Source of the DNA: Paecilomyces variotii
Taxonomy: Eukaryota
Reading direction: 5' to 3' (one strand)
DNA length: 64,000 bases
Assembly: GCA_004022145.1 (NCBI GenBank)
Contig: RCNU01000004.1
Shown: positions 36,009 to 50,661 of the stretch, piece after piece
How positions within the stretch are numbered: position 1 is the first letter of the stretch
How the letters are laid out: each line of letters starts with the position of its first letter
The notes under the pieces: model-generated
The model's input: the letters and a program-made list of their open reading frames with translations, nothing else
What the model was told of the DNA's origin: nothing
Database searches by the model: none
Program-made: the position numbers and the translations under genes

Positions 36009-38451
36009 ATGTCTTCGACAGATTATAACTATGATGAGCAGGTATGGACTTGTCTTACTGCAGGAAGGTGGAAAAATCGTAATGGGACTGACTGCTTATT
36101 TCTAGGGACAATTTTTCCCTTTCTTCATCCTCACTCTTTCCAGCTTAATCACGCTTCCTCTCACATACAGCCTCCTCAGACCGAGCAAAGGTCAGTGACT
36201 GCTTCTTTTCTATGTTATGATATGTGTGCTGAGTCGTTTTTTGCTTCGAAGGACTCGAGAACACCGCCCCGCGAATAAAGTCCGACTTTAAGCCGCAACA
36301 TGACGACCTGATCCAGGGACTAAAAAGAAAACGGCTACGTAAGGAGCGCCGCATCAAGCGTATTACCACCGTGCTGGTGGGATATGCTGTTATGGCATGG
36401 ATGATTTACTTGATCATCGTCACTGCCCGGACGGGGCCGAAAATCTGGGATCCATATGAGATTTTGGGTATTTCAAGGGTGAGCTTTTATCTTGCTATGC
36501 TACGACGTGCCCAGAATAGACCAGCTAACAACTCCACGTTTTCCTGATATAGAGTGCCGACGAGAGACAGATCTCTAGACACTACAAGCGTCTTTCTCTC
36601 ATTTACCACCCGGATAAAGTTCGACCAGACCCTGCGAAGAATGAGACCATCGAGACCCTCAACGAGCGCTTCGTGGAGCTCACCAAAGCTTACAAGGCAC
36701 TGACGGATGAGGAAATTCGGAACAACTACCTCCAATACGGTCATCCCGATGGAAAGCAGAGCTTTAGCATTGGTATCGCTCTTCCCAAGTTCATCGTCAC
36801 TGAAGGCAATGGCAAATATGTCTTGCTGGCTTACGGAGGCCTTCTCGGTGTCCTGCTTCCTTACATTGTTGGCAAGTGGTGGTACGGGTCCCAGAGGTAT
36901 ACCAAGGAAAAGGTGCTTGTCGCCAGTGCTGGTAATATGTTCCGAGAGTACAAGGATGATATCTCCGGCGGCGGTATTCTTACGGCTCTGTCCTCGGGTG
37001 AGGAATATAAGGAACTGCTGAAGGGTAAATCTGAGTCCGGGATTTCAAAGATCGAGAAGAAGATTCTAGCGGGGACATCTTTATCGCCTGAAGACAAGGA
37101 AGCGCTCAAGCAGCTGGATGACTTACCCCGTAGAAAAGCTCTGGCGTTGCTGTGGGCATACCTACAGCGAGCCGATCTAGACGATGTGACCCTCAACGAA
37201 GGTAAGCTTATATTTCCCGGCTTCCATCAAAGTATGCACCGCTAACCCGTTCCATAGAGAAGTACGCGGTCGCGCCGATTGCGCTGACCCTGAACGAGTC
37301 TTTCACTGCTATTTGCCTTGCTTTCGGCAACTTGAAGCCTCTGCTCGGTTCCCTCCGTATCCCCCAGAACATTACCCAGGCAGTTACTCCTGGTGCATCG
37401 CCGCTCTTACAGCTTCCTTACTTCACTCCTGCCGTTGTCAATGCGATCCAGGGAGAAGATGCGAAAAGCCATATGTCGGTACAGAAATACATGAAACTGT
37501 CTGAAGTTCAACGACAGGTTCTAACTGTTGGTCCGGGTCTCTTGTCTGAGGAGGAGTACGAGACCGCCATGTCCGTTGCAAGGCAGATACCCGCTCTCGA
37601 GGTGGTCAAGGCTTTCTTCAAGGTACAGGGCGAAAAGGTTATCACCCCCAGCAGTCTGGTACAGTTGGTGGTGAAGGCCCGGTTTATTCCCCCTGGCTAC
37701 ACGAACGTACCAGAGGTGAATGAGCTCGATCTGGAAGATATCGATCCTGATGAGGATGACCTCGACGCATTTATGGGCCGAAGATCTGCTAGGAACAAGA
37801 CAGTCAAGCTCGCAAACGGTCAGAAGGTCGAGGCCAAGGAGGAAGTTGTCCAGCCACCACTCGCGCATGCACCATACCTGGCTAGAGACCACCCGCCCAG
37901 GTGGCAGGTTCTCCTAGGGGATGCCAAGCAGGGAAAGATGGCTGTTCCTCCTTTCACGTTCGCAACCTTTGATAAGCCAATATTTGGCGAGGACGGCGAG
38001 CCTACTTTTGAGGTACAGACGATGAAGATGCAGTTCCAGGCACCTCCTCAGGTGGGAGATTTCACCTTTGTTCTCCACGTCATCAGCGACAGCTACATTG
38101 GCTTTGACACGAAGATGGAAATCACACTGCACGTCGACGACCCAGCAAAGGCGGCTGCGTTGGAAGAGGAGGACGACATTAGCGAACCCGATGAAGGTAT
38201 GAAAGCGATCCCCAAAAATCTCAAGTCCCACCAGGACAAGCAAAAAAAAAAAAAAAGAGTATGCGAGACTAACGCAATTTTCCTGTTATACAGATTCCCT
38301 TGCAGGACAGATGCAGGCTCTCAAGACGGGCCAACCACCACCAAAGAAGAAGAGACCCGCCAATGAATCAAGTGAAGACGAGAGTGACACGGAAGGCGAC
38401 GTAGATGATACCAGCGAGACGGACACGGAGACTGATACCGATGAGGAGTAA
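36009..38451 (+). CDS. SEC63: ER translocon J-domain subunit Sec63, multi-exon
   Basis: MSSTDYNYDEQ|GQFFPFF start, WDPYEILG, J-domain HPD (IYHPDK), YGHPDGKQSFSIGIALP, PLLQLPYF, SDSYIGFD and an acidic tail. Confidence 0.96.
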
Positions 38452-39199
38452 AATCGCAAGCGCATATGGAGTTATTATTTTTTATTTTTGTCCCCATTTT
38501 ACCTCATTTTCTCTTTTTGCCTCCTCCCTTCCCATCGTCGCGTCGGACGATAATTGTAAGAGATAGAGCGTATAAGAATGACAATAGTCATTATATAATT
38601 CGCATATTCCCCTCATGTTCTTTCATTATAATCTATAATCACAGATCAGATATGTCTCCGTAACTCTTGAATGAATATACGTCTCCGTATCGGCAATCAT
38701 ACATTCACGACCCAATCTAACACGGCAGAGTCCAGACTAAGTAACTAGGTTAACTACCTAACTACTTAACTAATGCGGAGAAGAGAGGGTGGAGTCACCC
38801 CATCCATCCACATCAAGTCAACGCTCTTTTCCTTATCCCCCGCATCTTAGTTATCTGATGTACATAGAATTTCAATTTCTCACGCACCTAACTTGCAACT
38901 TAGAGTATTACATAGTATATTATGTTCCCCTATGGAGTTAGATTTAACCGATAACCCAACAGCATAAAATCGCACTCGATCCTTGCTTTTTTTTTCCTGA
39001 ATTCTAGATTAATCAAAAACCAAATCCATATCATTGGATTCGATCCGTTGTATATCTTCATTCTTTTCTATGTTTCTATGTCTTTTCTATTTCCTCTAGA
39101 CCCCTTTTTTTTAAAACCCCGAAAATTCTACTTCAATACGTCAGTACGCCGAACTGAAAAGTAACTCAACAAGGGGCATCAAGAGACAACAAGAAGGGT

Positions 39200-39223
39200 A
39201 AAAAAAAAAAAAAAAAAAAAAAA
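39200..39223. repeat. Poly(A) tract, about 23 nt
   Basis: Direct reading of the sequence. Confidence 0.9.
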
Positions 39224-39562
39224 CAAGAAATAAGCTCAGCTAAAAAGGGAAAACATCGCTTTCAAAACAGCAATTTGCTAGATCAGTGGCAATGGAAAAA
39301 CGAGGAACGAACATGCTCGACCAATGTACTGGGAGTTGTTGTTTATATGGATTGGACGCGCCCTTGGACGTTTGCTATGTGGAATCCCATAATGCCGACT
39401 CAGCTCCAGAAGGGTGTGGAGTTCAGATCACAGAGGAAACCAGAAGCGCACTAGAACCCTGGAGACCCCGAGATATTGTTCATAAGAATATGTATGTATA
39501 TATATAAGACTCGGATAGGAGAGAGCGAGGAGAAAGGGAGGTCGGGCCAAGTCGCGGGAAGT

Positions 39563-42162
39563 CTACATGGCACGGCTGGTATCCGTGAGATCCATCGGGC
39601 CCAAGAACTCAGCCCTCGGGGGCGGGAACCCTTGAGCTTGGAAAGGCTCTGTCATAGGAAGAGAAGTATCTGCTGCCAAATACAAAGTAAGCACCCCCAA
39701 ATCCCATTCAGCGCTCGCCAGAGCCAGCTTTAGGAGTCGACTGAAGGCCACCCACGCCCTCTGAGCGGCCAGGCTAGTTTCGGATAATGCTATCAAGTAC
39801 TGCAGAACCTTTGCACAATCTGAAATCGACTGTTCCATCTCTGAGGGCAAGTGGACCTCTTTCAACACGATTTCCATCACCAAGATCACCTCCGCTTGAG
39901 CGATATAATGTAGTATACACCACCACGGTGTCGAGGCGTAAAGGTTGACAGAATTCGGCTCATCCGGCAGTAGGCGCAGCAGACCTCTCGCAGAAGATAT
40001 GCAGCGCATTGCCGCTTCAGCATCTAGCCTTCTTGATGGCTCCGTCTGATAAGGCATCATCGCACTGATCTCGTTTAACTCACATAGGCATGGCCGGTTG
40101 ATAAGCATACTAGTACTGAAAAAGCGTAATGCAAGATACATTCGATCCCTCGAGGTCTGGGATGATATTCCTTGTTGCGCAGGGGAGCCTTTTAGACTCG
40201 ACGGCAAGTCAAACTGCCAGCGATTGAGCTTCGTGTTAAGATCTGCGACGATCCCTTGCACCCGAGCCCATGTTAAATTGACTGTGCTTGAACTGTAGAG
40301 ATCTGATATAACCTCTGCGACGATCGCATCCAGGCGCAGTGAAGCAGTGAATGCAGTTACTGCGGGCCCATCCGCATCTGCTAGCGAAGGAGGAAGATTG
40401 AGTCCGGTAGTGGTCTCTTGCGGATAGAAGGGTTGAGTTGCTCTAGGATAGCGTGTACTGACGAAGCGTTCATGAATGGCGGGTGGCCGACCAGTCAGAA
40501 CACATAACAGCCGTTCAATCGAGCATAGCGCATGCCATGCCCTGATCTCAAATTCGTGCTCCTCGTCCGTCATGCTTGTAGTATTCACCAGATGCAGGGC
40601 GCGAGTCTGTGCGTATCGTACTGCAAGACCGATGATGTTCCATGCCCTATATAGAGACACATAATATTAGAACCTGCGGTATCTGAGAAGATTATAACTG
40701 ACATGCAGTGGTAAAATTACCTGTTGATTTGGTAGCTGGCAAGGAAGTACATGCCGCATAGAGTAGTATGTTGCATGTGAGCCATGGTTGGTAAGTCAAG
40801 CATAGCCGTGGGCTCCTGACTTAGTATCCGAGAGCGAATAAAATAAAGAACATGGTCCACTTCACCACCTCCTCCCACATATTTCGTAAGGCTTGCATAG
40901 AGAGCACCGACAGCAAAGACCAAATTTAATGTGGCGATCCAAAGTATGCTATTCTCCGGTGGATGTAATGTTTGCCAATATGATTCATACTGTCTCATGA
41001 AACAGGACTTCGATAAGATAGGAAAAAAGGAGTGAACAGTGGAAAAGTAGATGTCTACTAGTCCATCGGCAGTCTCCCGCGGCGGCAGTTCAAATGCGTC
41101 CACTTTCTCACCGAATGCGCCAAATTCTCTCAGATCAAGGTAGCTGAGGAAATAATTGCATCCTTCCAGCAACAGTCGATTGAAATCTTCGGGACTAGGG
41201 GCATTGTTCATAGCATCTATGACTGCCCGGTGTGTTGTCGACAGAGCGCGAACTTCAAGACTGTTAGTGCCGTGTCAGCTCCACTACAGATTGAGGTATG
41301 TATGTACATACAGCTTGGCTCGACAAAAGGGATCGTCACCTTCATCGCCGTGTCTTCCAACCACCGAACAACTGACGATTTCCCCAAAAACCCAAATGAC
41401 CGCGAGAATCCTGCCGCGTCCTGTTGCACACGGTCCTGAAAACGGGGAGAGCCAGCTCCCGCTGAAACCGAGAATTCGTCTTCGTTGATCTCTTCCCCCG
41501 AAGCGGTTCCTTCACCTGATACGCCGATATCATCGTCGATGGCCGATCTATTCTTTGGGGCGTGTCAGCAACAGCTGGAAAAAGCCCTGCTACTTGCTTC
41601 CAGATGGCATTCATGTCGTCCTCCGCACGTACCTCCGCGAGGGCGTTTCTTATAGCTTGCTGGCCGGCAGGATCAAGACTCGGCATGAGATCAGTCAGCA
41701 GATTCTCATAGAGTGCAACTCTAGCAGTCAAGGTTCGCGTGTTTCTGAAGAACGACAGTACTGTTAGTATAGAGGAGACTGGTCATGACCGTCACCTCTC
41801 CACCGCGATCTAAGGATTTCTAGAAAGGTCCGGAGTACTTGCCGTTTCAATTTTTCGCGCTTCCCATCTGCGTAAAAACAGGCAAGCTCCTTATCTCTAC
41901 ACCGGGAACAGACTGGCCGAAGACCATCACACTTTGCTTTTCGACGGCGACAAGGCTCGCATGCGTGGCTTACTCTTTGACGTTCAGTCGTCACCGACAG
42001 TTGTCTCTGAGCAGGTCGTTGAAGTCTTGGAATTGGAACCTTCTGCTCTGATGGCGCGGGTATTGCGGCCGATTCTGGCTCAGTACCACGCTGGCCAGGT
42101 GCATTAGGTCGTTGAGGCTGTGGTCTTATGGTTTGCCGTCTCTTGCCTCCACGGTTGTCCAT
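39563..42162 (-). CDS. Zn(II)2Cys6 transcription factor with fungal_trans middle domain, multi-exon
   Basis: ACEPCRRRKAKCDGLRPVCSRCRDKELAC zinc cluster. Middle-homology motifs GFLGKSS, YFSTVHSFFPIL, RAWNIIGLAVRYAQTRALH and LTGRP. Confidence 0.92.
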
Positions 42163-44884
42163 CCTGGATTGGAATGAGCGAATGCCTTTTTGTCTTCCGA
42201 ACGGACATGAGATATAGACGCTTCGCTTTCACTGGTGCGCAATTATGGGGCTCATCGCTGGACTTTTAATATCTCTGTGTGGTGGAATGAGGGGGCGCAA
42301 GGTGTTCATCTTAGAGCGCGGATAGCAGGTCCGCGTGGTGACGGCCAATCGTTGGACAATATGGGTCGTCCCTGACATCTCGACGCCTATATAAGGATTT
42401 ACAATCCGGAGCTAGTCCACAATCAGCAGTCGAATCAAGCGGCTCCGACATTCGACGTCTAAGGGCCTGCTGGTGCGAGAACCGTATTCTCTTCTTTCCG
42501 GCCAGATCTGCCCTGAGCTATGAACAACGACAAAATTACCAATAGTGTATAACATGGTATTATCGCCGCTTCCACCAGGCCAATAAATGTATCCACTTAG
42601 ATCCGGTCACGTTCGATTATGCCTGGTAGGGAAATCTATCAGCAAAGCACCGTCTGGCCCACGGGAATTCACCAGTGACCAGAGTGACCCTTGAGCGAAT
42701 CACATCGTCCCTTCACCAGTGACCTCAGGCCACGAATGGATTCTGGAAGGGCCCAAACTTACTGAAAAAAAAGGGACGCAGTCAAGATACCTCGGGCTGA
42801 AAGAAAGTGGTATACAATACAGAGACCCACTCCATATATTGGCATCATATAGGAGTTCCAGATCTCCAGGATCGCTCACAATTGAACAGAGACTTTGTAT
42901 TGGCACAAACAGGAGACAAAAGAGAGCCAATTCATATATTCTTGGGCAACGTAGCGTCAAATATAAAAGCAATTCCGGACAGTATACATCACGGGTCGAG
43001 AAACAGCGGGTTTCTATTGGTCGGATGTATTTTGAGACGTCCGAGCCAATAGAATCCACCTGGTATTGATAGATCGAGACCAGAAGCCATGGAGAACAGA
43101 TCTGAATTCGTGCCATTCAGAGACGTAAGTTGTGATCCGTGAAGACGAGAATTCGGAATTTGGAAAGACGGCAACAACAGGTGATCGTGATCTGAAAGGA
43201 ACAACTCGCGGATTCAATCATCTGACCATTGCCTCTTTAGAAGTTTAGAGAGTATCATGACATCTGCATAGCGTGCAGCCAGTGTGACCCAAAAGATAAA
43301 AAAACAATGTGCCGTGTCTGTTAGCAATTTTCCTTTTAGTTTCTTGACTGCTCCACTGGGCCGCAAATATAGGGACTGTTCCTGCTCACAGTCTATTCTT
43401 ATGCGAAGGCATTTTACAGCGAAATCGCTGTGCAGTCCCTGCGCCGAGGGTCAAGTCTGAGAAGTCTCAGTAGGTAGTTAGCACACTAGCTGCGGCTTGC
43501 CTCAGATCTTTCTGTCTAGGCTGCGAGCATCAGGCCGGCATTCTCTCAAGCCGACCTTCTTTTCAGGCGACGAGGGCTGACTGGAAATACAATTAGCCGG
43601 GCAATACTTGTTGTAACTGAGACGTGTTAGCTAACAACCACCAAGATCTCGCTGCATGGGGTAGGGGCTTGCCGTCACTCAGTTGTGTTCAGAGCACGTT
43701 GGCTAGACTTGTGGGACTAGCCCAGTACTTATCTAGCCCCTAGGCAAGGAACACCACGTTGCTGGTACAGCTCTGGATGAGGTGTATGATTTGCAGGCCG
43801 TTATAAACGGCCCGAAAGGTTCGTTCTCCCATATCGATGTTCATTGACCTCGAACGACGCAGTGCGGTTTGCTTATATTTCTTCCAGGACGTCGCATTGC
43901 CAGTAGTCGGTGCCTCCACTTTACTTAAGTGGCATGCAGGAAAAAGTTTCCGTGACCAGTAACGGCACATATTTAGGTTGCCAACCACGCTGCAGAAACA
44001 CAAAAACAGCCGCCCTCCCCGTAGCGGTGATAGGGCTACATTTCCATTTCGAGTAATTGGTCGGTTTCCAATATTCCGTGGCGAGCAATGATATCACTTT
44101 GCGCCGTCGAGATCTGTCACGACAGTCAAAAATTGGTCAAAGGAAGCCAGCTGGATGAAGAAACTCAAATGAGGCAGATTAGGAGGGAGCGTAGGTGTGC
44201 AAGGAACAACTATTCATCTGCCCGGAGCCCCATTCGTCTATGTGACCCTAACATGTATAACTTTGTTTAAGTGTTACCCGGGGAATGGTTCAGCACCAGC
44301 ATCGTTATTCTTGATAGATACATCACTTGGTTACATCTGTCACTGGTCGCTGTCTACTAATATTGCTAGCAGGATGACCTTTAAGGGTGATGATCTATTA
44401 GGCAGGGCATTCTATTCATGGCGCAAGTGTGATTCATATTACCATATTCAACCGCTTTTGTGTACCTATGAGACGCGCAGTATTACCAAAGTTCTATCCA
44501 AGCGAGAAGGCCTCTCGGAACCCAAAATGAAGGTATTACACGCAGAAAAAAACCGAGACTGCCAACCCATGTCAAAAGTCGCCAACTACCCGACAGTCAT
44601 CCAACATTATTCAATACCCATCGACTTCATTTCGCGTTTCCAAAGGGAAGGAATGACGTGGTGAGGTAGTCGCAGAACCCTTCTAGGATACACTTGGGAC
44701 TACTCGAGCCCTGTAACCTCTCTTTTATTCCGGTACACGTCATGTTCCTTAACCGTCCAAAAAAATCCGGGACTGTCTGTCGCAAGTTTACGACAGTCGG
44801 TCATGATAGAAAACCTTTATAACGACTAGGTGAAAAAGATGTACGCCCTGTCGCAGGCCTGTTCTGCCCATTATTCTTTCTCTC

Positions 44885-46255
44885 TTAATGTTGGACGGCT
44901 TTCTGCATCAGTCCATCTGTACCAACGTTAGGTACCCAACCATACTGGGCAGACAGTTGTCGACCGCGCGGGCTCTCGATATTGTCTGCTGTAGCGTTGA
45001 TGCCTCCATGCACCCCTCCGTGAGAGTCCCAGATATTCTCTGGCTGGGATGACGCCCACCAAACCGTTTCCGATACAGTGGGGACCATGGACAAGGAACC
45101 CAGAGCCGGTGGGACAAATTTCGCTTCAGGATTATTATAATCGTTGCTAGCCGCCAACCAGATGTCGGTCGTACCATCTTCAGAATAGTTGCGAGCGGAT
45201 CGAGCGTCAGTGCTTGGAGATGTTGATTCCAGATCCCCATCTCTCTGGTCTGTCGTGTTGTATCCGTTTAGATTGACACTTTCTGCGACGCCTGATATCG
45301 GGTTTTAGAACGAGCTGACATGCATCATCGAAGAGATAATGAGACCAATCTCACAGGTTATGGGTCTTTGGCTGACTGGAGAGCACTTACTTGTCTTTCT
45401 AGCGCATTTCCTCGCCTTCCATTCCTTGAGATACATTTCATAACGCCTATGCTCCTCCGTTGTCTTATATGCTGCAAGAGCTTCTTTGTAGTCGTCTCTG
45501 GCCTTGATCGCACGCGCCTGGGCGTCTCTCTTTTCATTTTCCGGCAGTTCCCTCCAGAGTTTTCCGATTTCGATGGCCATGTCGGCAAATGAGAGACCAC
45601 GGTGTTGTAACTCTCTTCTCTTTTCTGTGATTTGCCAATTATCAGTGAGCTGGCCATGAGATAGACGAGTTTGATAAATAGTGGTCCAGCCTTACCATTG
45701 GCAAATTGCGCATACGCAGTCAGTGGCTTTTTAGGAGCATTTGGATCCGCCTGAATGAGATTGTAAGTCTTCGAGTCAGACTTGCTAATAGCATCAGCAG
45801 CACATTGGGGGCAGTTGTGCGTGTATTTGCGCGTCAAAACTTGCCGGAGATACGCACCTTAGGATGCCATCGATATCTCCTCTTCGATCTGGCGGCCATC
45901 TCTTCGGTGCCCGTCCCAGAACGAGACAAGCCATGCGGGGTTGGGGGAAGACCGCGCTCTCTCGCGACTCTTTGTTGCAATCTCTGCATAGACAATTAGA
46001 GCAAGGTCACACGCTTCATAAAATTGAGGATTTATACACACCCTTCGATGACCGAGTTTCACGCCCAGGGCATCTCTGTGTGTGAAGAAGGCCAGATGAG
46101 CGCTGTCGGACTTATGGGGGGGGACCAATGAAGTCTTACAAGTCATATTCCGTTATGTCGAGGACATCAGCCCAGCTTTCAAATCCATTGTGGATGAAAC
46201 TGGGAAGATATTGTGCCATATCGAGTTCTTGCAAGATCGCCGCGAGGTCAGCCAT
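44885..46255 (-). CDS. SAM-domain + HMG-box protein, about 6 exons
   Basis: Manual splicing gives MADLAAILQELDMAQYLPSFIHNGFESWADVLDITEYDL|DALGVKLGHRR|KLQQRVA (SAM), then KRRYRWHP|DPNAPKKPLTAYAQFAN|..SFADMAIEIGKLWREL...YKEALAAYK (HMG). Confidence 0.85.
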
Positions 46256-49200
46256 TAGGATGTCCCAAGGGTGTCGAGAAGTAAGATTGCATATCAGATA
46301 CTTGATCTTTCTTGAAGAAAAAGAATCTATGCGATGATATTATGCGATTCACCATCGCGTCTGGCACGTAGCTGCCGTCATCGCAACAAGAACCGGTTTG
46401 GTCTACATCCTTGAGAAGCTTTCTGTTTGCGGAGAGGTGCTCCATGCTCTTGGGGGTTCCGTTCAATGTCACCATGGCCATTGATTGGGATCGGAAGTGA
46501 CATCCTTGCACTAAACAATGCTAGCGCAAGCATGTGGACAAGCGGAGGCTTTGAACAGCGCCCAACAATGATTTTGACGAGCTGTCTGCAGATAGCAGGT
46601 ATGCATTGCCATTCGCCAGGTATTGGTGGACTTTGTCGCTGACTCGAGCGGAATCGTTACCGGGGAAGTACGATGGATCCTAGTGGGCTTCGTGGCGGCC
46701 ATCTACGGACTGTCTCACGACGCACTGGCAGGAGATCGTCTTACGGACAAGAAGTGCCATGACGCTTTCACTATTATTACGACCATTGTTCCCGGAGAAA
46801 ATCCTCCTGGGCCAGTTCTTAGCCGCTTATCCCAACCCGGAAGAAGGAAGCCCCCATCTGTCCTAGAATCCCAGGCCACCAATCTGCGTGATTTATACAG
46901 TTCTGAGACGCGTCAAAAGATGTTTTTTATCGTTTATCGGATGGAAGCATACGAGTCCATTGTCTGCGCGACTTGGAACGGTGTCCTAGTGCTCGTTCAA
47001 CTCGTATTCTCACGACTCTGGCGTCAAGCCTTCCCCCTCGTTGCAGGAATGGGATGTTCTGGGTTATCTCTAGACATCGAACCAACGCCGTGCCATATCT
47101 TTCGATCTTGCGGATACAAATCAGACGGAATCGTTCTCTGTCGGGTCCCAGAGTATTGTGGCGATTTCGGACAAAATCATGTTCATCTCCCTGAGAGACA
47201 ACCGCAGGCGTCGGGCGGGGTTGATGCTGGGATCGGTTCATGGAGTGCTCGACCTGCTCGACTTTTCGTCTGCTTCGGGAAACCAAGTCGCTTACTACCC
47301 GCAGCCGATCATGTTCTAGACATCTCTCATCCGTCTGCAACCGCCAATGGTCATTCCGGAGAGCACGAAAGAGGTTTCTGATTAGAGCAGAGCCACGAAG
47401 TGTTGTGGAAGATTGGCGCATAGCTGCGCAAGGGCGGGCCATTCAAGCCACGACAGTCTCAATCCGTTGGTATGGGATTGAATACCGTCTGGGCCGCCTG
47501 CTGGACCGTATCCACAACCAATTGTACAACTACTCGACTTGGAAGTTGGTAGTCTATTGTTCAACACAAGGCCATTGGTTCTTGACAGCAACCACGGACG
47601 TCAGCTAACCACGTTCTCCTTTTTGCTCTGACTACCATAGATGCGGAGAATCATGGAGCAGCTGAAATGGTCCTCGTAGCCCCGCAAGCGCGCTAATCAA
47701 TCAAGATTATGCGGCGCCTCCGAGGCTGCTGGCGGCAAAGGAACAGTGCGATCTCCATGCACCCACAGACCTGGGTCAGATCAACAAGAGCTATGATCTT
47801 TTACAGTCCTAGCGGCAGCCCTCCGTCGGAGCAGATGTCCATGCCAACTAAGGATGTCAAAAATGGCTTCATGGGTCCAATATGAAGTAAACATACCTTC
47901 CACAAGAGAAAAGGGTATCCGCTGATCATCCCAAGACACCGTGTGGCCCACTCTGCGATCAGCATGATTGCAGCGGATATATAGTACTCTTAAGACGAAG
48001 GATGTTAAAAGACTGCCCTAGCACGTTCTTTTTACATCTAAGAAGCAACAATGTTGTGGCGGGAGTCATTCCCGTGTGCTGCCCCTTACGGCTTGATGTA
48101 CAGTACCAGATAGGCAACGAACAACATACCGGAGCGTCGCGGAAAAGAGCTTCCGGATAGTTTCATGGCGACTCCCACGCGAGGTCCCACCTGTCCATGA
48201 AAGTATGATACGAGGTCACTGCAATTTACCTACACTGCTGGAGCTAGTCATGATCATGGACTCAATGCTCATGTACCCCGCCTCTATCTATCCGTCTGGA
48301 AAGAATCACATCTTGCGGAGAAAGCTGAAGTCGGTGATTGTATGTACGTTGCAGCACGCTACGTACCTAATTCTATTCATTGGCGTCAGCGGTGGAGATT
48401 TCCGTTTCACTTCCGGCGCTGATATGTCACTGCATGATCTCGGCAACAAGGACTCGGGAGGGCCATCAAACTTATATCGGAAAAGGAAACCCCGCTAAAG
48501 ACCGGCCTGACGGACCCCTAAGCTGAGTATTAATGGGTGGTCACCTTCCTTGCTCCCCTGATCTGCCTTCACCAGAAGCTGTTCTCGTGTGTCCATGGGC
48601 CACCGCACCGGACTCAAGCAAACCTCTAGGAATCGGGTGAGTTGGCTCCTTTTTTTGAGCATCAATGTCAGCCAAGAAGACGAGGTGCTATCCGCCTCTT
48701 AACCCTGAGTTAAATCGAGGTAGTTGCAGCCCTCAAGATATCGACAAAACAATGGCGGCCACTGTGAGCTGCGACAAAAACTAGAGATTGCTCCTTAGGG
48801 TATCCTGACGGATCCCAGGTCAAGCACCATTTCAATCAGTTTTCTCGACAGGCATACATCAATGATATTTTGAGAGGGACACCTAGCCAAGCAGTGTCTT
48901 CCAGCCCCTGTGCGCGAGTGATCTGGCTAAGGGATGCTGCTGCCCCTTTCAGGAGTTAATGTGTCAGGAGGGGAATCTGTCTCTGCAAGGAGCAACAAGG
49001 ATCATATTTGGTGACAGCTTCCTATATGCCCACCAGCCGTAGTTGTGACGCCGTTGATCTCCGTATTGAAACTGATGATATTACAAGTTGACATCGAATT
49101 TCCGAGAGTTGCTGTCATCCTCGCTGGTTGACTCCTATGGCGGAGAGTAAATGTTTGACAGAGCCTGGATTACCTGAGTACGTACGCTGATTCGATACGA

Positions 49201-49502
49201 TTGAGAGTGAGCATAGGCTTAATTGCCCGTTTCATTCGACGAGTTTCCAATGTACTCTGCCGGAAATACAGGAGAAACATTGAGCAATGACGACTAAGAA
49301 ATCGAAAAGGCAAATTTCAACTGGAAAGAGTGCGAAGACGGCAAGATAAGAAGTCGTTTATTTGCGGCAACTGTGTTCAAGACCAATGCCAGCGTCCTGG
49401 ACTTTCCTGTTCTCCCTGCTCAGAAGCAGCACTTGCCGTGGAGGAGGCTGGGAGAGCACAAGGGAGAAAGCACGATGTATCCGTTTGCCATTAGAATGCC
49501 TT

Positions 49503-50661
49503 TCAGTGTTCAGTTGGATATGTCCAGCCGGAGGGTAACCCAACGTTATCGACAAGGTAGGGCTGTTGTCCCAGCGGAAGTTGATAGTGGCTGAGGGTGT
49601 CGATAGATGGCTGAACCGTTCCTTGATAGGGGCCTAGCCATGGTACTGTGCCGGCATGTAGGTGGCTTGGCCTACTGCTTGCATTGCAAATGTCAGTCTG
49701 ATAATATACATCGGGACATCTGCTTGCGTCGCTGAGGACAATGGGCGGCTGATAGAGTCTGTCGGTCGTAGTTGCATGTTGGACTTGACCAATGTAGTCA
49801 CATCGAGGATAAACGCTATGCTGCTCAGTGCGCATTGATGGAAGATCCCATTTGCAGACGTCTCCTGCAGTTGGCGAAATCTCCGGCCCGAATTCCCTGG
49901 ACTCGCGTGGGCTTGCTGGCTCCGGGGACGGCTCTACCGTGCCGGTGTAGTCAGTCGAGGTGGACAACTGTCGTAGACACTGGAGTGGCTCTTCATTACT
50001 CTCGCTGTGTTCATCTGTGCCTTCCTCCGCTTGTTTGATGAGTCCCAAGCGGTCCAAAATTGCATGCGTTAGGGGATGTCCGTCAGCAACATCGACAAGA
50101 GGCTCTCCTGGAAACCCTTCATTGTTTATACAATGCTTGTATAGCCTCTGGAGCGCTTTGACAACGAGTGAATGCTGGGATTCGAGCATCTCGACAAAAC
50201 TGGAAGGGGCGCAACGGCACCTTGTTAATAATAAATCGACAACTCAACGCCGGAGTGACTCGCTAAACTTGGATCTGAGGGTTCTCACTCTCTGGAATAG
50301 ACTTTCGTCTGAGTTGCCTTTCTCTCCCGGAAGAGGCAAGGGTGATTGTATGTTGAGCATCGATTGCAAGGTTGGTTGCCATCACACTGATATAACGTTC
50401 ACTTAGCTCATGCTCTCGTTCAAAGTAGTTCGTGAACGTCGACTCAGAATACCAGACCTTGGTCTTCTTGACCCTGCACCGGTCACAAGCCTTTAAGACA
50501 TGTTTCCTCTTCACCCGGAATATACGATTATGCTCCTTCACTTCTACTGTCCCTGGAAATGTCTCGAAGCCCGGGATAGATGTCGTTGGGCTGAATTCCG
50601 GCAGAGCACCTAGGAATCCTGGCATCTGTGACTTCGGACAGAGCTTGGGCTGCCTGGACAT
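49503..50661 (-). CDS. Short Zn(II)2Cys6 transcription factor, Fcr1-like, 3 exons
   Basis: ACDRCRVKKTK|CDGNQPCNRCSTYNHPCLF across an intron, then FVEMLESQHSLVVKALQRLY...GHPLTHAILDRLG. Confidence 0.88.

Noticed and set aside
44885-46255. Mating-type MAT1-2-1 HMG gene
   Set aside because: The box is DPNAPKKPLTAY (HMGB-like) rather than PRPPNAF, it carries a SAM domain, and SLA2/APN2 are not adjacent.
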